Below are positions 1-7,263 of a DNA stretch of 12,412 bases, one piece after another. Position numbers and translations under genes: made by a program. Source of the stretch: Chthoniobacteraceae bacterium (GTDB taxonomy: Bacteria > Verrucomicrobiota > Verrucomicrobiia > Chthoniobacterales > Chthoniobacteraceae). A model generated the notes under the pieces. It did no database searches, had not been told where the DNA came from, and saw only the letters and a program-made list of their open reading frames with translations. The first letter of the stretch is position 1. Every line of letters starts with the position of its first letter. The stretch spans positions 1 to 12,412 of the forward strand of contig JANNXQ010000269.1 in assembly GCA_031409655.1 (NCBI GenBank). Direction: 5' to 3'.

Positions 1-114
1 AACTGCCGCAGGCCCGACGCCCACAGCCCTCCGGCGCCCCATCGTTCGCACGAAAGAAGTTCTCAGTCAGTTACCAGAGCGGAACGGCGCCGGGGAATTC
101 TGATCGGGAGAAAG

Positions 115-186
115 TGCCAGGGGGGAGAATTGAACTCCCGACCAAGGGCTTATGAGTCCCCTGCTCTACCACTGAGCTACCCTGGC
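115..186 (-). tRNA. tRNA with CAT anticodon (elongator Met or Ile2; not initiator-like); 3' CCA not encoded
   Basis: Reverse complement reads GCCAGGG TA GCTC AGTGGTA GAGC A GGGGA CTCATAA GCCCT TGGTC GGGAG TTCAATT CTCCC CCCTGGC A. This is a complete 72-nt cloverleaf with a paired 7-bp acceptor stem (G1-C72), D arm, T arm and discriminator A, followed by CTT rather than CCA. Confidence 0.96.
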
Positions 187-200
187 GGTGGCGGGCGCGG

Positions 201-229
201 AAATTACTGACGGCCCCCACCCCGTGCAA
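201..229 (-). promoter_or_regulatory. Putative sigma70 promoter of the tRNA gene
   Basis: On the minus strand: TTGCAC (229-224), a 17-nt spacer, TAATTT (206-201), then a GC-rich discriminator (CCGCGCCCGC) just before the tRNA 5' end. This layout is typical of stable-RNA promoters. Confidence 0.7.
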
Positions 230-249
230 GCGGAGAAATAGACTCTCCG

Positions 250-377
250 CCGGGAGCGCCGCCGTACCGTGCGGTAAATGAACCCGCTGCGCGCAGCGCC
301 ATGTTCTGTCGCTGGCGAAGCAGATTGAGCGCGGAGCGCGCTGGTCACATGACCGCACGGGACGGCGGCGCTCCCAG
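250..377. repeat. Long intergenic inverted repeat (REP doublet / MITE-like element)
   Basis: 252-275 GGGAGCGCCGCCGTACCGTGCGGT matches the reverse complement of 352-375 at 23/24. Inner arm CGCTGCGCGC (285-294) matches the reverse complement of 329-338 at 9/10. There is also a perfect 14-bp palindrome at 285-298. Confidence 0.8.
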
Positions 378-449
378 GATGCTTCTTTGTTCCCGCCCTT
401 GAATTCCCTAATGACAGCGGGGATTGGTCGGTTCGCACCGCTGCCTTCC

Positions 450-2786
450 ATGAACAAACTTCCGCACGTCCTCTTGCTCCTCTCTGCTCTGCCTGCCTGG
501 GGTGCGGTCGATTTCAAAAAGGACATCGTCCCGGTGCTCGAGGAGCATTGCTATGACTGCCACGGCGAAGGCACGAAGAAGGGCGGGCTCGCCATGGACA
601 AATACGCGTCGCTCGCCGCGCACCTGAAGGACACAAAGCATTGGTTTGCCATCTGGAAAAATATCCAGTCGCAACTCATGCCGCCTTCGGACGAAAAGCA
701 GCCCTCGGAAGAGCAGCGGGAGCGCGTCCTGCGCTGGATCGAGAAGAGCGTCTTCAAGCTCGATCCCGCAAATCCCGACCCCGGTCGCGTGACCATCCGT
801 CGGCTCAATCGGGAGGAGTATCGCCACAGCATCGATGACCTGTTGGGGGTCGATTTCGACACCGACGACGCCTTTCCCGAGGACGACACTGGCTACGGTT
901 TTGACACCATCGGCGACGTGCTCAGCATCTCGCCGCTGCTCATGGAGAAATATGTCGCCGCTGCCGAGACGATCGCCTCTGAATCAGCCGGGAAATCCGA
1001 GGGCCGCATCCCGACGGAGACCATCGAGGCGGATAAATTTCGCGTCACCGAAGATCCGAAAAAGTCCGCGAAGTCGCTGCCCATGGCGGAAGCGGCGACA
1101 GCCAGTTATCTCAAGCCCATCGAATTCCCCGGGCGCTACCGGATCACCGCCGAGATGCGGGTCTCGGGTTCGAATGAAGCGACGACGCACACCGCCAAGG
1201 CAGCGCTCTCGGTGCGCGGAAAATCGTTCGGCACGCAGGCGCTTGGCTGGGACTATCGCAAGGATTTGAAACTCACGGGCATCGTCGAACTGCTGAAAGG
1301 CGACAACCTGCTGGCCATCGAAATCACCCCGGGCAACGCCCCGCAGCCGGATGAAAATTTCCTGAATGTGGGCTTCGGCAAAGTGCGCCTCGAAGGGCCG
1401 CTCGATGGCAGCCATCTTGAATATCCGAAGGAGTATTTCCGGATCTTCCCGGAAGGCCCACCACCCGCCGATCCGAAGGCGCGCGCCGCTTACACCCGGC
1501 GCATCTTGCGCCAGCTCGCCACCCGCGCCTTCCGCCGTCCGGTGGATGAAGCCACGCTGACCCGGCTCACGGCCATCGCCACCGAGGCGCAGCGACTGCC
1601 GGGCACCACCTTTGAGCGCAGCATCGCGTCTGCGCTCACCGCGATCCTTGCCTCGCCGCGTTTCCTCTTCCGCGCGGAAGTGCAGCCGGAGCCGAATAAC
1701 CCCGGGAAAATCGTGCCCGTGGATGAGTTCGCACTGGCCTCGCGGCTTTCGTATTTCCTCTGGAGTTCGCTGCCCGACGAGGAACTCTCCGAACTCGCGC
1801 GCTCCGGCCAGCTCCGGACGAATCTGCGCGCCCAAGTCGATCGCCTGCTGGCCGACGATCGCGCGGAACGCTTCGTCGAAAACTTCGTCGGCCAGTGGCT
1901 CCAGACACGCGATGTGGAAGGCATGAACATCGACGCCCGGCGCTTCCTCGGCGGGGGACGAAATTCCGACGCGCAGAAAATTTTCAGCCCGCGCCTGCGC
2001 CGCGCGATGCGCGAGGAGACCGAGATGCTCTTCGCCTATCTCATCGGCGAAAATCGCTCCGCGCTCGAACTGCTCACCGCCGACTACACTTTCCTCAACG
2101 AGCCGCTGGCCCGCTTCTACGGCATCAATGGCGTGACCGGCACCGAGATGCGGAAGGTGGCGCTCGCCGCCGACAGCCACCGCCGCGGCGGCGTGCTCAC
2201 CCACGGCAGCACCCTCGTCGTCACCTCCAATCCCACCCGCACCTCGCCCGTGAAGCGCGGCCTTTTCATCCTGGAAAACATCCTCGGCACGCCCGCCCCG
2301 CCCGCACCGCCGGATGTGCCCGCGCTCGATCAATCTAGGAAAGATGGGACCAACCTGACGATGCGCGAGCTGATGGTGGTCCACCGCGAAGCGCCCCTCT
2401 GCGCGGGCTGCCATGCGCGCATGGACCCGCTCGGTCTCGCCTTGGAAAACTACACGCCGCTCGGCAACTACCGGGCCGACGAGCGCGGCCAGCCCATCGA
2501 GACCGAGGGGCGATTGATCACCGGGGAAAAATTCAAGGACGTGACCGAACTCGCACAGGTGCTCGCCACGAGCCGCCGCGACGACTTCTATCACTGCCTC
2601 TCCGAAAAAATGCTCACCTACGCGATTGGCCGAGGCCTCGAATATTACGACACCGTCACGGTGGAAAAGATCGTCACCGGGCTGAAGAAGGACCAGGGCG
2701 CGATGCGCTCGCTGATCTACGGCGTCGTGGAAAGTGCGCCCTTTCAAAAACGCCGTGGTGATGGTGGCAAGATCGCCAGCCAATGA
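450..2786 (+). CDS. Planctomycete-type cytochrome c / DUF1592-family (PSD domain) exported protein with two CxxCH motifs
   Basis: ATG at 450 gives a Sec-like signal (MNKLPHVLLLLSALPAWGA). N-terminal 'F.KDI.P.L..HCYDCHG...KGGL' cytochrome domain with MPP distal Met; 'RRLNREEYRHSIDDLLG' (DUF1587-like); 'RAFRRP' (DUF1595-like); 'LASRLSYFLWSSLPDEEL...F..QWL' (DUF1592-like); 'RTSPVKRG...CAGCH..MDPLG' (DUF1588-like); 'KMLTYAIGR' (DUF1585-like). The ORF-track start at 387 is probably too long. Confidence 0.9.
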   Translation: MNKLPHVLLLLSALPAWGAVDFKKDIVPVLEEHCYDCHGEGTKKGGLAMDKYASLAAHLKDTKHWFAIWKNIQSQLMPPSDEKQPSEEQRERVLRWIEKSVFKLDPANPDPGRVTIRRLNREEYRHSIDDLLGVDFDTDDAFPEDDTGYGFDTIGDVLSISPLLMEKYVAAAETIASESAGKSEGRIPTETIEADKFRVTEDPKKSAKSLPMAEAATASYLKPIEFPGRYRITAEMRVSGSNEATTHTAKAALSVRGKSFGTQALGWDYRKDLKLTGIVELLKGDNLLAIEITPGNAPQPDENFLNVGFGKVRLEGPLDGSHLEYPKEYFRIFPEGPPPADPKARAAYTRRILRQLATRAFRRPVDEATLTRLTAIATEAQRLPGTTFERSIASALTAILASPRFLFRAEVQPEPNNPGKIVPVDEFALASRLSYFLWSSLPDEELSELARSGQLRTNLRAQVDRLLADDRAERFVENFVGQWLQTRDVEGMNIDARRFLGGGRNSDAQKIFSPRLRRAMREETEMLFAYLIGENRSALELLTADYTFLNEPLARFYGINGVTGTEMRKVALAADSHRRGGVLTHGSTLVVTSNPTRTSPVKRGLFILENILGTPAPPAPPDVPALDQSRKDGTNLTMRELMVVHREAPLCAGCHARMDPLGLALENYTPLGNYRADERGQPIETEGRLITGEKFKDVTELAQVLATSRRDDFYHCLSEKMLTYAIGRGLEYYDTVTVEKIVTGLKKDQGAMRSLIYGVVESAPFQKRRGDGGKIASQ

Positions 2787-3121
2787 CTCCTCGGCAGCTT
2801 TGGTTCAATTTCTGGGCCTTCTTCTTCGGCCTGCTGATCCTGCTGGCGTCGCTCGGCATCGTGATCTTCGGGCTCGCTCGCGGCGGCACCCAGCACCCGC
2901 ACCTGATCGCGGCGATCCTCGCCGGGCAGGGTTTCGCCGCGGTCCTGATGATCGTCGGCAGCTTTGCCAATTTCCGCTGGGGCAGCCCACGCTTCTGGCC
3001 CATGGCGCTCGCGTTCACCGGCTGCCTCCTCACCGGCTGGCTCGCTCCGATCGGCATCTGGGGCATCGTGATCTGGCTGGCCGAGGACGGCTACCAAAAG
3101 GGCCTGCGTCCGGAACCCTGA
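2783..3121 (+). CDS. Small integral membrane protein (112 aa, 3-4 predicted TM helices), function unknown
   Basis: ATGA overlap with the upstream stop codon, GC3-rich codon usage, and three long hydrophobic stretches ending in 'LAPIGIWGIVIWLA'. It fills the gap between two clear genes. Confidence 0.75.
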   Translation: MTPRQLWFNFWAFFFGLLILLASLGIVIFGLARGGTQHPHLIAAILAGQGFAAVLMIVGSFANFRWGSPRFWPMALAFTGCLLTGWLAPIGIWGIVIWLAEDGYQKGLRPEP

Positions 3122-3171
3122 CTGCGGCGAATCCCTCAAAGCTCCGCGCCGCGGGCTGATTCACTAGGCAC

Positions 3172-4539
3172 ATGGACCATTCGCTCACCCTTCCTCGCCG
3201 CCGCTTCCTGCGCGGCCTCGGCATCGCGCTCGGCCTGCCGGCGCTCGAGGCGCTGTCGCCCCTGACCCGCGCGCTCGCTGCCGCCGCGCCGAAAGTGGCC
3301 ACCACGGCGGCCGGCTCGCCGCTGCGCATGGCTTTCCTCTATGTCCCGAATGGCGTGAACGTTGCCCGCTGGCGGCCGCTTGGCGACGGCCAGGACTATC
3401 AGCTCGGCGAGACCATGGCTCCGCTCGCGCCGCTGAAGGACCAGTTTCAAGTCTTCACCGGCTTTGAGCAGAAAAATGGTTTTGCTGGCGGCGACGGAGC
3501 CGGGGACCACGCCCGCGCCACCGCGTCCATCCTCACGGGTGCCCGGCCGAAAAAGACGGCCGGCTCCGATATCAAGCTTGGCGTTTCCGTGGATCAGCTC
3601 GCCGCGCAGCATCTGGGAAATGAGACGCGCTTCTCCTCACTGGAGCTCTCGTGCGATGGCGTTCGCAAGTCCGGCGCGTGCGATTCCGGCTACTCCTGCG
3701 CGTATCAATTCAATCTTTCCTGGCGCTCCGAGACCACGCCCGTCGCGCCGGAATCAAATCCGCGCCTCGTCTTTGAGCGACTCTTCGGCAGCGGCCAGGG
3801 CACCGAGCGCCAGAAGAGCTACCAGATGCGCCGGGCGCAGCAGCGCTCCATCCTCGATTTCATCCGGGACGACGCCAGTGCGCTCTCCCGCGAACTCGGT
3901 CGCAATGATCAGCACAAGCTCGACGAGTATCTCACGGGCGTCCGCGAGATCGAACGGCGCATCCAGAAGACCGAGCGTTTCGGCCCGCTGCCGGACCCCG
4001 GCGTGGAAACGCCCGCCGGCCAGCCGGACGATTACCAGAAGCACATCCGCCTGATGATGGACATGCTGGTGCTCGCGTTTCAGACCGATAGCACGCGCAT
4101 CTCGACCTTCCTGCTCGCGCACGACGGCAGCAATCGCAGCTTCCGCGAGATCGGCGTCGGCGACGGCCACCACTCGATTTCGCATCATCAGAACGATCCC
4201 GTGAAGCTCGACCGGATCGGCAAGATCGACCTCTTCTACACCCAGCAGCTCGCCTATCTGCTGGAGAAAATGCGGGCCGTGAAAGAGGCCAATGGCCAGA
4301 CGCTGCTCGATAATTCGATGCTCGTGTATTGCAGCGGCCTCTCCGACGCGAACCGGCACAATCACTCCGACCTGCCCGTGATCCTCGCCGGCAAGGGCGG
4401 CGGCGCCTTCCATCCCGGCCGTCACGTGAATCTGGGCGCGGACACCTCCATGACGAATCTCTACGTGCGCATGTTGAACAACATGGGCGTGAAGGTGGAT
4501 CGCTTCGGGGATTCGACCGGCGTGCTGAAGGACGTGTGA
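3172..4539 (+). CDS. DUF1552 (HXXSHH) family protein with twin-arginine signal
   Basis: N-terminal 'PRRRFLRGLGIALGLPALEAL' Tat-like signal; 'R..FLYVPNGV'; 'SVDQLAA'; 'CDSGYSCAY'; 'NPRLVFERLFG'; 'KLDEYL..VREIERRI'; HHSISHH at 4168-4188; C-terminal 'FGDSTG'. This family is the usual partner of DUF1592 genes. Confidence 0.92.
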   Translation: MDHSLTLPRRRFLRGLGIALGLPALEALSPLTRALAAAAPKVATTAAGSPLRMAFLYVPNGVNVARWRPLGDGQDYQLGETMAPLAPLKDQFQVFTGFEQKNGFAGGDGAGDHARATASILTGARPKKTAGSDIKLGVSVDQLAAQHLGNETRFSSLELSCDGVRKSGACDSGYSCAYQFNLSWRSETTPVAPESNPRLVFERLFGSGQGTERQKSYQMRRAQQRSILDFIRDDASALSRELGRNDQHKLDEYLTGVREIERRIQKTERFGPLPDPGVETPAGQPDDYQKHIRLMMDMLVLAFQTDSTRISTFLLAHDGSNRSFREIGVGDGHHSISHHQNDPVKLDRIGKIDLFYTQQLAYLLEKMRAVKEANGQTLLDNSMLVYCSGLSDANRHNHSDLPVILAGKGGGAFHPGRHVNLGADTSMTNLYVRMLNNMGVKVDRFGDSTGVLKDV

Positions 4540-4590
4540 CGAAGGTTTAGCTTCGCGTGCGCCCGCGCCTCGGCCAAGAGTGCCGGCCAG

Positions 4591-5562
4591 ATGAGCTTCC
4601 GCACTGCTGATTATGATTACATCCTGCCGCCCGAACTGATCGCGCGGCATCCCCTCGCCGAGCGCGCGGATTCGCGGATGCTGGTGCTGCATCGGACGGA
4701 GCAGCGGCTGGAGCACCGGAGCTTTCGGGACTTCGCGTCGTACGTCGGCACGGGCGATTTGGTGGTCCTGAATGACACGCGCGTCATCCCGGCGCGGGCC
4801 TTCTCCGACGACGGGCGCATCGAACTGCTCTTCCTCGAAGCGGTGCGCGAAAACACCTGGAAGTGTCTGGTGAAGCCGGGCCGCAAGATGCGCCTGGGAG
4901 CGCTGGTCCATATCCGGGACGTGGTCGGCGTGGTCACGGAGATTTGCCCGGAAGGCGAGCGGATCATCGAGTTTCGCGGCGCGGTCGATCTGGAGCGCGC
5001 GGGGCAGCTTCCAATCCCGCCGTATCTCGAGCGACCGGTGGAAGCAGCAGACAGTGAGCGCTACCAGACGGTCTTTGCGCGGGAAAGTGGCGCCGTGGCC
5101 GCGCCGACAGCCGGGCTGCATTTTACGCCGGAGATCCTTGCGCGCCTGCCGCACGCCTTCATTACCCTGCACGTGGGCGTCGGCACTTTCCGCTCGGTGC
5201 TCACCGACGACGTCCGCGAGCACCGCATGCACAGCGAGCGCTACCATGTGCCACCCGCCACCGCCGACGCCGTCAATGCGGCCAGCCGGATCATCGCCGT
5301 CGGCACGACCAGCACGCGCGTGCTCGAATCCTGCGGCCTCCCGCTCACGCCCCGGTCTGGCACCACGGACATCTTCATCCATCCGCCCTACGAATTCCGC
5401 GTCGTGGATGCGCTGCTCACGAATTTTCACCTCCCTCAATCCACCCTCCTCATGCTCGTGAGCGCCCTGGCCGGACGGGACTTCGCGCTGGAGGCGTATC
5501 GCGAAGCCATCGCCTCCGGCTACCGCTTCTACAGCTACGGCGACTGCATGTTGATCCTGTAG
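4591..5562 (+). CDS. queA: S-adenosylmethionine:tRNA ribosyltransferase-isomerase
   Basis: Motifs 'YDY.LP.ELIA..P', 'LVVLNDTRVIPAR', 'PIPPYL', 'RYQTVFA...GAVAAPTAGLHFT', 'TLHVGVGTF', 'AVGTTS.R.LES', 'TNFHLPQSTL' and 'YRFYSYGDCMLI'. Confidence 0.98.
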   Translation: MSFRTADYDYILPPELIARHPLAERADSRMLVLHRTEQRLEHRSFRDFASYVGTGDLVVLNDTRVIPARAFSDDGRIELLFLEAVRENTWKCLVKPGRKMRLGALVHIRDVVGVVTEICPEGERIIEFRGAVDLERAGQLPIPPYLERPVEAADSERYQTVFARESGAVAAPTAGLHFTPEILARLPHAFITLHVGVGTFRSVLTDDVREHRMHSERYHVPPATADAVNAASRIIAVGTTSTRVLESCGLPLTPRSGTTDIFIHPPYEFRVVDALLTNFHLPQSTLLMLVSALAGRDFALEAYREAIASGYRFYSYGDCMLIL

Positions 5563-5616
5563 CTGGGAGCGCTCCGGCCTCGACACGCTGACGGCGATTT
5601 GTTCGCATCCGCCTTT

Positions 5617-7164
5617 ATGAAATCTCTCTGGGATCGTTATCAGAAATACCTCGTCCGCGACACGCAGCTCGGCATCTCGCTGGACATCAGCCGGATGGCT
5701 TTCGGCGACGATTTCCTCGCGAAGATGGAGCCGCAGGCGCAGGCGGCCCTCGCGGCGATGCAGACGCTGGAGGCAGGTGCGATCGCGAATCCCGACGAGC
5801 AGCGGATGGTCGGCCACTACTGGCTGCGCACCCCGGAGCTGGCACCGACGCCGGAGCTGCGCGCGGAGATCGAAGTCTGTCTCACCCAGGCGAAAGAATT
5901 TGCCGAGCGCGTCCACGCGAGCGGACGCTTTTCGGACGTGCTGATCATCGGGATCGGCGGCTCGGCGCTCGGGCCGCAATTCATCGCCGACGCCCTCGGC
6001 ACGGACGACGACCGCCTGCGCCTGCATTTCCTCGACAACACCGATCCGGACGGCATCGACCGCGTGCTCACGTCGCTCCAGCAGCGCCTCGATCACACCC
6101 TCGCCGTGGTCATTTCCAAATCCGGCGGCACTCCCGAGACCCGCAATGGCATGCTCGAAACCCAGGCCGCTTACGCGAAAGCCGGCGTCGATTTCGCCCC
6201 GCGCGCCGTGGCCGTCACCGGCGTCGACTCGCAGCTCGACAAGGTCGCCGAGACCGGCGGCTGGCTGGCGCGGCTGCCGATGTGGGATTGGGTGGGCGGA
6301 CGCACCTCCATCATGAGCGCCGTGGGCCTCGTGCCGATGCTCCTGCAAGGCGTGAAGATGGAGGCCGTCCTCGCCGGTGCCGCCGCCATGGATGCCTGGA
6401 CCCGTCACCCGGACACCTTGAAAAATCCCGCGCTGCTCCTCGCGCTGATGTGGCATTTCTCCGGCAATGGCCGCGGCGAAAAAGACATGGTGGTGCTGCC
6501 CTACAAGGATCGCCTCGTCCTCTTTTCAAAATATCTCCAGCAGCTCGTCATGGAGTCGATCGGCAAGGAACTCGACCTCGATGGAAAAAAGGTGAACCAG
6601 GGCCTCGCCGTCTATGGCAACAAAGGCTCCACCGACCAGCACGCCTACGTGCAGCAGCTCCGCGACGGCGTGCATAATTTCTTCGCCACCTTCATCGAAG
6701 TGCGCAAGGGCCGCGACGGCGCTTCCATCGAGGTCGAACCCGGCGCGACCAGCGTGGATTTCCTGCAAGGCTTCCTGCGCGGCACCCGCACCGCGCTGCA
6801 CGAGAGCGGCCGCGGCTCGGTCACGGTGAGCATCCCCGAAGTCACGCCTGCGACCGTCGGCGCACTCATCGCGCTCTATGAGCGGGCCGTTGGCTTCTAC
6901 GCTTCGCTGGTGCATGTGAACGCCTATCACCAGCCCGGCGTCGAAGCCGGCAAGAAGGCCGCCGCCACGCTCCTGAAGCTGCAAGCCAGCGTGCGCGCCG
7001 CCCTTTCAAAAAACGCCCAGACCGCCCCGCAGATCGCCGCCCCGCTGGATGCAGACGCCGAGGCCGTCTATCACGTCCTCGTCCACCTGGCCGCCAATGA
7101 CCCGGCGGTCGGCCTCACGGCTGGCGCGGGACCGGCGGAGGACGCCTTTGCCCTCGCGAGCTGA
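5617..7164 (+). CDS. pgi: Glucose-6-phosphate isomerase
   Basis: Motifs '[14 protein letters not shown]', '[10 protein letters not shown]', 'SKSGGTPET', 'WDWVGGRTS', '[10 protein letters not shown]', '[15 protein letters not shown]' and '[13 protein letters not shown]'. ATG 5617 is preferred over TTG 5599. Confidence 0.98.
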   Translation: MKSLWDRYQKYLVRDTQLGISLDISRMAFGDDFLAKMEPQAQAALAAMQTLEAGAIANPDEQRMVGHYWLRTPELAPTPELRAEIEVCLTQAKEFAERVHASGRFSDVLIIGIGGSALGPQFIADALGTDDDRLRLHFLDNTDPDGIDRVLTSLQQRLDHTLAVVISKSGGTPETRNGMLETQAAYAKAGVDFAPRAVAVTGVDSQLDKVAETGGWLARLPMWDWVGGRTSIMSAVGLVPMLLQGVKMEAVLAGAAAMDAWTRHPDTLKNPALLLALMWHFSGNGRGEKDMVVLPYKDRLVLFSKYLQQLVMESIGKELDLDGKKVNQGLAVYGNKGSTDQHAYVQQLRDGVHNFFATFIEVRKGRDGASIEVEPGATSVDFLQGFLRGTRTALHESGRGSVTVSIPEVTPATVGALIALYERAVGFYASLVHVNAYHQPGVEAGKKAAATLLKLQASVRAALSKNAQTAPQIAAPLDADAEAVYHVLVHLAANDPAVGLTAGAGPAEDAFALAS

Positions 7165-7263
7165 AGCACGACGCTGGCCGAAAATCCGGGAGGAAGGTTG
7201 TGGCCTGTCGGTTTCCTGCTTGCGTGCCTTTCCCCTGATCCCCGACTCCCCCGCCACCACCCC

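Noticed and set aside
1..114. Possible att site or island boundary downstream of the tRNA 3' end; weak inverted repeat 29-38/86-95
   Set aside because: No duplicated tRNA 3' end or integrase lies in the window and only 114 nt are visible. The repeat is short, centred on self-palindromic GGCGCC and has no U-tract.
71..526. Minus-strand ORFs 71-526 and 166-438
   Set aside because: They run through the tRNA, its promoter and the palindromic repeat, and have no protein-like features.
984..2783. 599-aa minus-strand ORF (and similar 7864-9150, 9391-10047)
   Set aside because: Antisense shadows of the DUF1592 and glnD genes with no recognisable domain.
4540..4555. CGAAG/CTTCG hairpin after DUF1552 as a terminator
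   Set aside because: Only a 5-bp stem and no following T-run.
115..5562. Functional link between the tRNA gene and queA
   Set aside because: Queuosine is installed on GUN-anticodon tRNAs (Asp, Asn, His, Tyr), not CAU, so the proximity is likely incidental.
3754..6456. 900-aa minus-strand ORF
   Set aside because: It is antisense to three well-supported genes (DUF1552, queA, pgi) that happen to share a frame. It has no motifs and is the expected shadow of strong GC3 codon bias.
7165..7263. Sigma54 or NtrC-type site upstream of glnD
   Set aside because: TGGC and TTGC are both present but not at the required GG-N10-GC spacing.
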